Source: an uncultured bacterium | Lineage (GTDB): Bacteria > Patescibacteriota > Patescibacteriia > CAIQCM01 | NCBI GenBank assembly: GCA_963708045.1 | Contig: OY970181.1 | Location: 195,740 to 259,739, forward strand | Direction: 5' to 3' | Length of the DNA stretch: 64,000 bases | Part shown: positions 9,593 through 19,700 of the stretch, piece after piece | Layout: the number at the start of each line of letters is the position of its first letter | Position numbering within the stretch: the stretch's first letter is position 1 | Notes under the pieces: model-generated | What the model was told of the DNA's origin: nothing | What the model saw: only the letters and a program-made list of their open reading frames with translations | The model's database searches: none | Translations under genes and position numbers: made by a program

Positions 9593-10687
9593 TGGCATTA
9601 CGGTCCGATGTCCATCGGACAGGTTCGGGTTCAATTCCCGATGGGTCCATAAAAAATATCCTCCAATCAAGAGGATGTTTTTTATTTGGCATTACGGTCC
9701 GATGTCCATCGGACAGGTTCGGGTTCGATTCCCGATGGGTCCATAAAAAATATCCTCCAATCAAGAGGATGTTTTTTATTTGGCATTACGGTCCGATGTC
9801 CATCGGACAGGTTCGGGTTCGATTCCCGATGGGTCCATAAAAAATATCCTCCAATCAAGAGGATGTTTTTTATTTGGCATTACGGTCCGATGTCCATCGG
9901 ACAGGTTCGGGTTCGATTCCCGATGGGTCCATAAAAAATATCCTCCAATCAAGAGGATGTTTTTTATTTGGCATTACGGTCCGATGTCCATCGGACAGGT
10001 TCGGGTTCGATTCCCGATGGGTCCATAAAAAATATCCTCCAATCAAGAGGATGTTTTTTATTTGGCATTACGGTCCGATGTCCATCGGACAGGTTCGGGT
10101 TCGAATTCCCGATGGGTCCATAAAAAATATCCTCCAATCAAGAGGATGTTTTTTATTTGGCATTACGGTCCGATGTCCATCGGACAGGTTCGGGTTCGAT
10201 TCCCGATGGGTCCATAAAAAATATCCTCCAATCAAGAGGATGTTTTTTATTTGGCATTACGGTCCGATGGACATCGGACAGGTTCGGGTTCGATTCCCGA
10301 TGGGTCCATAAAAAATATCCTCCAATCAAGAGGATGTTTTTTATTTGGCATTACGGTCCGATGTCCATCGGACAGGTTCGGGTTCGATTCCCGATGGGTC
10401 CATAAAAAATATCCTCCAATCAAGAGGATGTTTTTTATTTGGCATTACGGTCCGATGTCCATCGGACAGGTTCGGGTTCGATTCCCGATGGGTCCATAAA
10501 AAATATCCTCCAATCAAGAGGATGTTTTTTATTTGGCATTACGGTCCGATGGACATCGGACAGGTTCGGGTTCGATTCCCGATGGGTCCATAAAAAATAT
10601 CCTCCAATCAAGAGGATGTTTTTTATTTGGCATTACGGTCCGATGTCCATCGGACAGGTTCGGGTTCGATTCCCGATGGGTCCACCA
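9593..10687 (+). repeat. Tandem array of 12 tRNA-Ala-derived units, period 94 bp
   Basis: Units start at 9593, 9687, 9781, 9875, 9969, 10063, 10158, 10252, 10346, 10440, 10534 and 10628. Each is TGGCATTACG-palindrome-AGGTTCGGGTTCGATTCCCGATGGGTCCA, and units 1-11 add a terminator hairpin. Confidence 0.97.
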
Positions 10688-10719
10688 AAAAATCATACCT
10701 ATTTGGGTATGATTTTTTG
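10686..10719 (+). terminator. Terminator closing the array (different from the internal ones)
   Basis: caaaaaatcatacc tattt gggtatgattttttg. Confidence 0.75.
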
Positions 10720-10803
10720 TTTTATCCGGTTGGTAAATTTAAAACCCGCGTCATAACTTTTGGAAATGACGCGGGGCGGGACAAATCTTTGTCGCGCCAA
10801 TTT

Positions 10804-11223
10804 TTAGATTGGCGCTTTTTGCTGCGTTAGAAGGTGCTCGTACATCATTTCCCATTCCCACACGCCGGATCTGCGGGTCCACGTCTCCCTATCAAACTCA
10901 ATTACCGTTACCCGGTCGGTGGCGTTAGCGTCCGAAAGTGGGTGTTGCCTGATCATATCTCTACTGGAGAGAACGATGACCAGGTTGGTGCCGCTATGAG
11001 CCGCCGCGGTTGCAATCCTTATGAGCTCAGAAACGATCGTGTGATTATCGGGTCGCCTGATAATGAAAATGTTGAACGGGTCACCGTTCTCGTGACTGCT
11101 TTTCAGAGCATCACCGGCCGCAATCGTGCCATCGGCAAACTCGGATTTCCAACCTGCCGGCATTGAGTGCATCAGCGCATTGGTCTCAGGTCTATCAACA
11201 CAAAGCGTCAGTAATACTCTCAT
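10804..11223 (-). CDS. Hypothetical protein, possibly a degenerate receiver-like fold
   Basis: 139 aa ORF with an alternating beta/alpha pattern (RVLLT...FNIFII...VIVLSS). Confidence 0.55.
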   Translation of the reverse strand: MRVLLTLCVDRPETNALMHSMPAGWKSEFADGTIAAGDALKSSHENGDPFNIFIIRRPDNHTIVSELIRIATAAAHSGTNLVIVLSSRDMIRQHPLSDANATDRVTVIEFDRETWTRRSGVWEWEMMYEHLLTQQKAPI

Positions 11224-11437
11224 TTGACCAAGGTCCTTTCTTGGATGTTTGTTGTCTTTCAGAGCACCGACACGCCAGCTTACACAGCCAAACGCATCAT
11301 GTCAATAAAACCATTTATACATACGGTTTGATAACCCCAACGCTTAAACCATTGACAATTTTAGAAAAAAATGATACTACAAGCTGTGAATTCTCAGAAA
11401 TTCAGAACGACCGATACAGTAGAAAGAAGGAGACCAG

Positions 11438-12466
11438 ATGAAACGAAAAATGTTCACGGCTATGTTCTTTTACACCATCATATCAACCGCCTGCGGAGGC
11501 AGATCTGCGACCATACATGAAACAGTTCCAACGGATGCCGTTGCTTCTGACGATTCGGTGGCCACACTCCCTGTGCAGTACCTGGACAAATACGTGGCAG
11601 ACGACCTCGTGAATGACCTCCGGAAGAAAATCGGAAATGAATACGTGATAAGTCGGCCAGAAGAGTCTAGTGTCAAGGCAACACGTATAGAGCTCGGCGC
11701 CGACGGCCAGCGGATGCGCGAGAACTCGGAAACTCTCGTGTTTCATAAGGACAAGGACACGTGGACCCTCGTCCCGACTCAGGTCACCCGCACCCTGCGA
11801 AATGAAACGCGCGTAAGCGACCTCATCTTGAATGAATTCCGTTTCTACGCCTCCGCGGTAGCCGACCCGATCCAACTCATCTTCACCGAAGCCGTCCTGC
11901 GCAACTCAATGTGGCGGAAATATTATCAATCTTCCGATAACATTCCTGGCCGCATTGAAAGCGAGCGCCGCCCTTATCGCAAGTATCAATACACGGCTTG
12001 GGTGAAGTGCGACGAAAACAAGGCCTGTCGCTTGCCGGTCTGGGTCTATGACGGCGTCTGGGTAAAAGAAGAGCAAGGAGAGGTGGCGCTTGTCGCCGGT
12101 GAGATCACCGTCCTCCATGACCCGTCGAATCGGCACCTTGAAAAAGACTCTTTCTTCTACGTCATGCGGCTGAACGATCGCTACGAGGCGAGCAACCGCG
12201 GTATCCTATATCCGATCTCCGAGTCCACTTATCTGAGATTCGTGGACTATAGCATAGGCAAAACCAACGACTGGACACGCGATTACGCCGCCGACGACAA
12301 AGAAAGCTACATCGACATGGCGATGCTTGATAACATAAAAAACCGCCTACACAAAGTGCCGATAAGTGAAGTCTCTAAGCGACCCGAGATCAAGGAAGCG
12401 CCAATTGAGCAGCGCCCCAAGGGTTGCTGCGTGCCGGACTTCAACGAAACCGGCCCTCTGTTCTAA
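11438..12466 (+). CDS. Hypothetical lipoprotein
   Basis: Lipobox-like ISTAC; AAGGAG SD; TTGACA promoter upstream. Confidence 0.7.
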   Translation: MKRKMFTAMFFYTIISTACGGRSATIHETVPTDAVASDDSVATLPVQYLDKYVADDLVNDLRKKIGNEYVISRPEESSVKATRIELGADGQRMRENSETLVFHKDKDTWTLVPTQVTRTLRNETRVSDLILNEFRFYASAVADPIQLIFTEAVLRNSMWRKYYQSSDNIPGRIESERRPYRKYQYTAWVKCDENKACRLPVWVYDGVWVKEEQGEVALVAGEITVLHDPSNRHLEKDSFFYVMRLNDRYEASNRGILYPISESTYLRFVDYSIGKTNDWTRDYAADDKESYIDMAMLDNIKNRLHKVPISEVSKRPEIKEAPIEQRPKGCCVPDFNETGPLF

Positions 12467-12536
12467 GGGAAACGACCCTTGGAACGCGAAACCGCGACGC
12501 ATCAGCGTCGCGGTTTCTTTGTGTCCGTTTATTAAA

Positions 12537-14960
12537 TTACAGTCGGCTTTTTTCCGGAAGCGGTGTGGGTGTTCCTTTGTCTGGCGTGGTTGGGGCTTTA
12601 CCGTTCATTTCGGCGGTGACAGCGTCAACACGAGTTTTTACCGTCGCATTTTCCGGATCAGTTTTAAGAATGGCATTTAGCTGGGTAAGCGCTTCGGAAT
12701 ATTTTTTCGCGTCTTCGTAAACCGTGGCAAGAAGCCAGCGCGCGTCGGCATAAGTCTCGTCAATCGCAATGGCGCGTGTGAGTGCGGCCTCGGCTTTGTC
12801 TTTGGTGCCAGTGAGATAATACATTAACCCGAGGCTATAAACGACGCCGGCGTCATTCGGGTTTTGAGTGGCGACCTCTTCAAGTTTTTTAATCGCCTCA
12901 TTAGCTTTTCCTTGTCGCTCATAAACAACGGCTAGTTGATAACTTGCTTGCGCGTAGTCGGATTTTAATTCAAGCGCTTTTCCAAATTCAGCTTCCGCCG
13001 CCGCGAGTTCGTCAGTTTTTACTTTTTGCGCCGCCGCTTTGGCAGCATCGTCCTTGGCCGAGGTTGCGCTTGTAGATGCGCGGTTTGCGAGAATCATATG
13101 AACGCGACCAAGACCAAGATGTTGAACGGGCGAAGCCGGCTCAAGCAACACCGCTTGATTGTAGGCGGCAATGGCATTTTCCGGAGCATCCGAGACGTAG
13201 GCCGAAATGGTTTCATAAACCGCACCAAGAAGCGACCAATTTTGTACATTTTTTGACGAAATAACCGTCGCTTGCTTGGCGGTATTAATCGCTGCCATCG
13301 TAAGGTCATTTATTTTTTTGCCGCGCGCCGTGGCGTCCATTGTCTGGTCGTATAAAAGCGCTTGGATTTTGATTAAGTAAGCCTGGGCTAGATTGCGAAG
13401 AACAAGATCAGACTGTCCGTTTGCCGAAGCGGCTTTTTCAAATTCACCCAGAGCCAGATCAATTTGCTTAGATGCGTCACGCGAGCCAGCCTTGGCGGAA
13501 AGCGTGTCAGCATAAAGTTTTGTTCCGGTAACAAACCAACCGACCGTGAACAAAATGACCGTTAACACAAAGAAAAAAGTCATTCCCAAAGCCGCCCGCG
13601 GCGAATCGCTAAAACGAATCGTGACCGAATCTTTGGAAACGGCGCGCATCAGCAGGGCAAAAACCACCCAAAAGACAAAGAGGGTGGCGAGCGACGCGCC
13701 ATAAAAAATCATCCCGGCTACCGAAGCAAGAAAAGCCGCCGTAAGACCAAGGGTGGAAAGCCAGTTGGCATCATCGCGCTCTTTGCCAAAAATAAGATAA
13801 GCGGCCGATTTCCAAAGACCGATAACCACGAGAAAAAGCCAAGCGATTAAACCGGCAAAGCCCGTCGTTGCGGCAAGGGTGAGCAAAAATGAATTAGCGC
13901 GATCAAAACGCACGTACCAGACCGAGCTTTTGTTAATGAGCGTGTCGCGGAAGCGCGAAAAATCATCGGCAAAAGTGCCAGGGCCGCTTCCTAAGATCGG
14001 ACTGCTTTTTAGCGCTTCGCCCGTAATTTTAAACGACTGCTGGGTTGAAGGGAAAATTTCAACCGGCGCGCGAACAGGAAGCGGCACATTCACAAAAAGA
14101 AACAACGCTGCTAAAACCAACACGCCCATTGGAACGGCGAGCCAAGTAAGTCGGCTAATGGAGCGAGGACGAACCAGCGCATAAGCCAGCAGAGCGACCA
14201 AACCGACGATCACCGCGACCCAGATTGGCCAAAAATTTATGACCAAAACTATGAGCAGGGAAAAAAACCCAAAAACTCCAGCAACAATCCTTTTCGCAAG
14301 CGTGTTTTTTCCAAGATCAGCAACAAGAAAATAAGTAGCGGTCGCAACCACCGCCACCGCCGAAAGCAAACCCAGCGTAACGGTTGAACCGACAAAATTA
14401 AATGATTGATTTTTGATAAACGGCAAAACATTAAGGCCAGCGTATGACAAAAATGCTTGAAGCGCGGCGAGACCGGTTACGACAATAAAAACCAGAATAA
14501 CTTTATTCGCAATCTTGACGCGGGCAGGCAAGTTAACAATGGCAAAAAACAAAAAAACAAAAAGCGCTGTTGTTGCGAGCGAGACATACTCCTCGCCCCC
14601 GTCGCCGATGCCGGAAATATATTTTGCATTGGAAAACAGCGTCGCAACAATCATCACGCCCAAAAAAATGAGCGCGCCAAGATTGGCAATGGTGCGGCGC
14701 AAAACAATCGCTTTTTCAATAAGCATTGAACCGACCCATGAAAGAAAAATGATTGTCACGAGAACAAGCAGGGCGACTTGTTTAGGAAGTTCTAGTGCCT
14801 GGCTTGTAAACGGCAAGAAAAAAAGCGGGATGAGCGCCGCGGCGACTAGCACGACCCACTCGTTTATTTTTATAAGGAAGGCACCGAACTTGTTCGGTGA
14901 CGCGAGCTTAGGCTCGTTTGCCGCGGAAACGCCGGCCGAGGAAATAAATTGTTTGGCCAT
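12537..14960 (-). CDS. Polytopic membrane protein (O-antigen ligase/O-oligosaccharyltransferase-like) with C-terminal TPR repeats
   Basis: About 12 TM helices; PILGSGPGTF...FDRANSFLLTLAATTGFAG loop; TPR repeats. Confidence 0.7.
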   Translation of the reverse strand: MAKQFISSAGVSAANEPKLASPNKFGAFLIKINEWVVLVAAALIPLFFLPFTSQALELPKQVALLVLVTIIFLSWVGSMLIEKAIVLRRTIANLGALIFLGVMIVATLFSNAKYISGIGDGGEEYVSLATTALFVFLFFAIVNLPARVKIANKVILVFIVVTGLAALQAFLSYAGLNVLPFIKNQSFNFVGSTVTLGLLSAVAVVATATYFLVADLGKNTLAKRIVAGVFGFFSLLIVLVINFWPIWVAVIVGLVALLAYALVRPRSISRLTWLAVPMGVLVLAALFLFVNVPLPVRAPVEIFPSTQQSFKITGEALKSSPILGSGPGTFADDFSRFRDTLINKSSVWYVRFDRANSFLLTLAATTGFAGLIAWLFLVVIGLWKSAAYLIFGKERDDANWLSTLGLTAAFLASVAGMIFYGASLATLFVFWVVFALLMRAVSKDSVTIRFSDSPRAALGMTFFFVLTVILFTVGWFVTGTKLYADTLSAKAGSRDASKQIDLALGEFEKAASANGQSDLVLRNLAQAYLIKIQALLYDQTMDATARGKKINDLTMAAINTAKQATVISSKNVQNWSLLGAVYETISAYVSDAPENAIAAYNQAVLLEPASPVQHLGLGRVHMILANRASTSATSAKDDAAKAAAQKVKTDELAAAEAEFGKALELKSDYAQASYQLAVVYERQGKANEAIKKLEEVATQNPNDAGVVYSLGLMYYLTGTKDKAEAALTRAIAIDETYADARWLLATVYEDAKKYSEALTQLNAILKTDPENATVKTRVDAVTAEMNGKAPTTPDKGTPTPLPEKSRL

Positions 14961-15061
14961 ATTATATTTAATAAATTAAAGCTTGTATGATTATAACATA
15001 TTTGGCGGCAACAAAAAATGGGGACGCGTGATAAACCTACTTTGTTAAATGATGGTTTTAT

Positions 15062-15727
15062 TTATTTTTTTCTTTTTCCAAAAATTCGCGCGTAGAAAAT
15101 TATCATTATCGCCGAGAGCACACCGCCAGCTGCCGCCGCTAAAAGCGCGTGCCACCATATCTCGGCGTTATTACTAACTATTGGCACGACCATGTGAACT
15201 GGCTGATTAGTGTTAACATTCCCTTCGCTTTCCGAACCACCAATATTTAACGAAAATGTTCCGCGCGACGAAATAACGTTTGTGCCAAGTCCGTCATTTG
15301 CATAAAGTCCGGACGCCTCAGAAATATCAATCATCGCTTGCCCGGTTTTTTTTGCGTAAAACGTTATTTCGCCGACGCTATCGTTTTTTAAAATCTTGGC
15401 CGGCTCAATTCCACCCTCTATTGTTATTAACCCATTGGAAATTGTCCCCTTTGTGACATAAAGAGTTATAACCGAACGATCGGTAACGTTTTTAACTTCC
15501 AGCATATCGGTTGGATATAAAATTTCCGCGCCAATCGCGTTAACTGCAACGTCGCTTGAAGCAAGAACATTAACAACAAACGTTTGACCTTCTTTAACTG
15601 TCGTTGGATTAACGTCAAAAAAGAGCGTGCCCGAAGCAGCTTTGGCAAAATTTTCACTGGGAGCAGAAAATATTATGAGCGCCAAAAATAATCCGATTCC
15701 GATATTTTTTGACAGAATTAATTTCAT
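15062..15727 (-). CDS. Cohesin-domain protein with C-terminal membrane anchor
   Basis: Signal peptide; VKEGQTFVVNV...VNAIGAEILYPTDML...ITFYAKKTGQA; C-terminal TM followed by KRKK. Confidence 0.7.
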   Translation of the reverse strand: MKLILSKNIGIGLFLALIIFSAPSENFAKAASGTLFFDVNPTTVKEGQTFVVNVLASSDVAVNAIGAEILYPTDMLEVKNVTDRSVITLYVTKGTISNGLITIEGGIEPAKILKNDSVGEITFYAKKTGQAMIDISEASGLYANDGLGTNVISSRGTFSLNIGGSESEGNVNTNQPVHMVVPIVSNNAEIWWHALLAAAAGGVLSAIMIIFYARIFGKRKK

Positions 15728-15729
15728 AT

Positions 15730-16740
15730 TTATTTTTTCCAATAATAAAGAAGGATGGAGAAATCAACCAAATTTATTTTCCCGTCGGCGTTTAGGTCGT
15801 AATTAATCGGAAAAGTTTTCTTTTTAAAGAAAGCGATCAGAATGGAAACGTCCTGCAAATTTACTTTGCCATCGCAATTAAAATCGCCTTTAAGCGAACA
15901 GCTTTTCACGGGCGCAGGCGCCGCCTTGGTTATTGAATCGCTTAGGGTTGAGGTGGCGCTTGCGCCCAAAAAGCTAGCCGTCGCTTCAATACTAAAAACG
16001 CCTTCGGCAAACCCGGCCGTGTCAAAAACCGTTTGCCACGCTCCGTCTATTCCCGGAACAACGACGTGAAGAATCGATCTGCCCGAACTCGGCGGCTTTA
16101 AAACGACCGAGAGGATTGAACCGGGCATGGCGCTACCGGTCACAATAATTTTGTCGCCGACCGTAACTACTACCGGCGTAGAAGAAATTGACGGCGAAAA
16201 TAAAATACCAGAAACTACGGCCGACGCTGAAAGATTTTTATCGCGAATAACCGATACCGTTCGGCCGTTTGTGTCAGTTGATAAAATTGTTGCCGTATAC
16301 GCTCCGTCACGGCTAACTGAAATCGCAAAGCTTCCGGATGAGTTGGCATACGACGAGCCAACGAGAACGTTATCAATATATATTTGCACAAGTGCCTTGG
16401 GCGAGGTTAGGCCGGAAAAAACCACCGATGGAAAATAAATACTACCGCCGCCACTACCACTCGTTCCCCCGCTCGGCACTGGCGTATTTGATAAGAGCGT
16501 CGCCGCAAAACCGTCGCTTGCGCGAAAATTTGTAGACGAGGCGGTGCCCGAAACCGCTGAGCCAAGCACGCCACCGACTTGAAAATTCGCCGATGATGAA
16601 GAAATACCGCCGTCGTTTAAACTGTCCGAGACCACACTATAGTTTGACGACGACATCGCGGCAAACGATAAGTTTGGAAATATAAATACGCCAAAAACAA
16701 TAACGACAATAATTTTATAGCAAAACTTGTTTCGGAACAT
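15730..16740 (-). CDS. Secreted Ig-like protein with C-terminal dockerin type I (EF-hand-like) repeats
   Basis: GDFNCDGKVNLQDVSIL and DLNADGKINLVDFSILL. Confidence 0.75.
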   Translation of the reverse strand: MFRNKFCYKIIVVIVFGVFIFPNLSFAAMSSSNYSVVSDSLNDGGISSSSANFQVGGVLGSAVSGTASSTNFRASDGFAATLLSNTPVPSGGTSGSGGGSIYFPSVVFSGLTSPKALVQIYIDNVLVGSSYANSSGSFAISVSRDGAYTATILSTDTNGRTVSVIRDKNLSASAVVSGILFSPSISSTPVVVTVGDKIIVTGSAMPGSILSVVLKPPSSGRSILHVVVPGIDGAWQTVFDTAGFAEGVFSIEATASFLGASATSTLSDSITKAAPAPVKSCSLKGDFNCDGKVNLQDVSILIAFFKKKTFPINYDLNADGKINLVDFSILLYYWKK

Positions 16741-16794
16741 TTGCGTATTAAAACCAAAATAAAATCTTTGATTTAAATTTTTACGGGCATTTTA

Positions 16795-19700
16795 TTATTC
16801 CTGCGACACGGGAATTGTTTCTGTCGGTGTTGGTTCAGCTTGAGGCGCCGGACTAATTTCGGCGGACGGTTCGGAAACTGTGGGCTCGGGCATTGGTTCG
16901 TCCGTCGGCGGCGCGCTTTCGGCCGCGGGTTCATTTATGGTATCGGGGTCGGTTGCTGGTTCATTCACCACGGGTTCTTCGGTTGACGGCGTTGTTGTAA
17001 CGGGTTCAACGGGTGGCGTTGGCGTATTTGTAACAGGTTCGTTAACGACCGGAACGGGAGCGGGCGGAGCGGACGGCGCGTTCACGTTTTGTTGACTATT
17101 AAGCAATTGGTCTAGTTGATCTTTGGTAATGCACGTTTCGTTTCCGGTTTTAGCATCACCCACACAAAGTTTGCGCTGGTGCGTTTCATCAAAGTAGCCA
17201 CGGATCGCAGTTACCCGTGCGGCGACAAAGTCGGCAGCAATCTTAGCACCGGCGTTTATTCGGTCAATAAGAGCAGCGATCGGGTCGTGTGGTGTTTCGG
17301 CTTGAATGTCTAGAGCAAAAGATGTAATGCCGTTCGGCAAATCCTTGGAATCAATCAAGCGACCCATAACAAGTGACAGTGCCGGTTCGTCACCAGGATA
17401 ATAAGTATTTTTTATCAACATAATCGCTTCGCTCGCGTCATCGCCATTTGCAGACGAAAGAACCTGACCAATGACGAAACCAGGCGAAGTTGCTTTCATC
17501 GCAACTCCCGGCACCGACGACAAGGTCAAATAATCTCCAGCTCCAATTGCGCCGTTTTCGTCGGAGACCTTAACTGGAACACGACCAGCAAGAGCGAGGC
17601 GAACCGAATGACCATCGTCTTTACCAAGCGTGGTATGTGGGAGAGTAGAAACAACGCCAATTAATTTTTTATTATCTGTTCCCGACGAACGGACAACGGT
17701 TACGGGATTATTAGTGTCCAGACTGACCAACTCGCCGGCAACCGGTTCGTCGCCGGAATAAGGGATCCATTCCGCCAAGTCGGCCGAGTCGGCCGTTCCC
17801 GGCGTGCCGACGACGCGCCAAGCGCCGTTTGCGCGGACAATGGTGTAGTTTTCAATGATTACCACCGAGTTGGTATTGGCGGCACCGGCAGTAACCGTAC
17901 TAACCTGCGTACCGTTTACCTGAACAATGATCGTCGCGTTTTCATTGGCGCCACCACCAACGCCAATGCGTTGAACCTGAGTTTCAATGAAAGCAAACGT
18001 ACCGTCGGTGTTTGGTAATCCAGTAATATTAAAGGTGGTGGTTGGCGCCGCGCCTTGCGTGCCATTTCCTGTTGAACAAGTAGTTGTCACATTGCAAAGG
18101 CTCAAAAAATAAACAAGCGCTTTGGTTGAGACCGTTACCGTGTCGTTGGCTGTGGTTAGGTGGACGTTGTTCAAGCTGTTGCCGCCCCAGTTGCCGGCGA
18201 CATCAATAGTGCGGCCAGTCGTAGCGCTCGGGGTCACGCCGATTGTTAAACCTTGATCCCATCCGGCACCAATGTTGATCGCCGTTTCTGTTCCGGCGCC
18301 GCCGGTGATATTAGAGATACCCAAACCGTTCAATGATCCGGCGCCGATGCCCGCGGCGGCAATCTCAACGCCGTTTGCTGTTCCGTTGGTCGTGATCGTA
18401 CCAGTGTTTACCATGACGCCACTTGCCGTGACTGCGCCGCCGGCGGATTGCGTGATTCCCGGCAGGGTGACATTGACGCCGTGCCAGAGGAATGATCCAG
18501 CTGTCCCGTTCGTGATCGCGCCAGCCGTTGTCAAATTGTAGCCGTTATAAATGGTTGCGTTAGAAGTTGTTGAGGCGGTCGGCAGTTTCAAATCAAAACC
18601 GGTGATATTTTGTCCGGCGGATGGCGCGGTCAAGTTGGCGTTCATATCAAAAGCAAGCCCGATCAAAGCGCCTGCGCCTTGATTCGTCGCTGCGCCGTAA
18701 GCGCCGTTCATGATCGTGCCGGTGGTGTTGGTAAAATTAATGTCCACGATTTTTCCGGAAGTCGAAGTTGAGTTAAGCCGCAACAAAGTTCCGGAGGTAA
18801 GCGAGGTATCGTTAAAGACAAAGGACGAAGCCGTCGTCACACCGGTCGCATTTGACGAAGTAAAAGTTTGTGCGCCCGTGCCGGAAGTAAAGCCGATAGA
18901 GGCTAAGGAAGAGTTACCGATTATGACCGTGCCGGTTGAGGTGCCAGCGTTAATTGAGGTGTTAAAGTTGGAGTTATCATTCAAACTCACCGCCGCACCG
19001 GAAACGGTGAGGCCGAGATTACCAGTAAGCAAACCCGCTGAGGTGATTGTACCGCTTCCCGTTGTTGAAATGTTGTTTGACGTTGAAATCGTGTTCGCGG
19101 TCGCAATCGTGCCAAAGCCGGAGGCGATGGATCCAGAAGTAAGAATGCCAACCGTTGTTAAAGAAGAAGTGACCACGCCCGAAGCCAGTGTCGTGCCGGA
19201 AATATCAGCGGCCGCGTTCACGGTGATGGTTGCGTTCGGGAAAGTAATTGTTTTAGAAGTAACCGTCGGATCGGTAATCGCAAAAATTGTTTTCACGGCA
19301 TCGGCGGTCGCACCGTCAAAGGAAAGTGGCGAGGCGCCGGTCACGTTGCCCGAAGAAAGCGTAATGTTTCCGTTCGCGGTAAGGGTTTGAGTGACGGTAA
19401 GCGCGCCATTATTCGTTGTCGTAATCCCCGTCTTGCCCAAGGAAACCGAGGTTGCGCCGGACGTGCCAAGGTTGAGGGCGGAGGCGGAATCAACCGTAAG
19501 CGCGCCCACCAAAGTACTCCAAGTGGAAGCAGCGCCAGCTGTGAGTGTTAAGGCGCCGGACGAAGTTGACCAAGTTGAAGCCGCACCAGCTGTGAGTGTA
19601 AGTGCGCCACCAGAAGTAAACTGTGACGCACTGGTCGGCGTAAGATTAACAGCACCAGCGCCGGTCGCATTAAAATTTCCCGAGGTTAAGGTGTAGGCGA

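Noticed and set aside
9593-10687. CRISPR array
   Set aside because: Whole 94-bp units are repeated with no unique spacers, there are no cas genes in the window, and the unit is clearly tRNA-derived.
9593-10687. Array of functional tRNA-Asp/Ser/Gly genes
   Set aside because: Units lack the 5' acceptor strand and the first D-stem strand and have an 8-nt loop, so they cannot form a cloverleaf alone.
9592-10830. Repeated 82-145 aa ORFs (MALRSDVHRTG...)
   Set aside because: By-products of a 94-bp period running through terminator hairpins; no coding signal.
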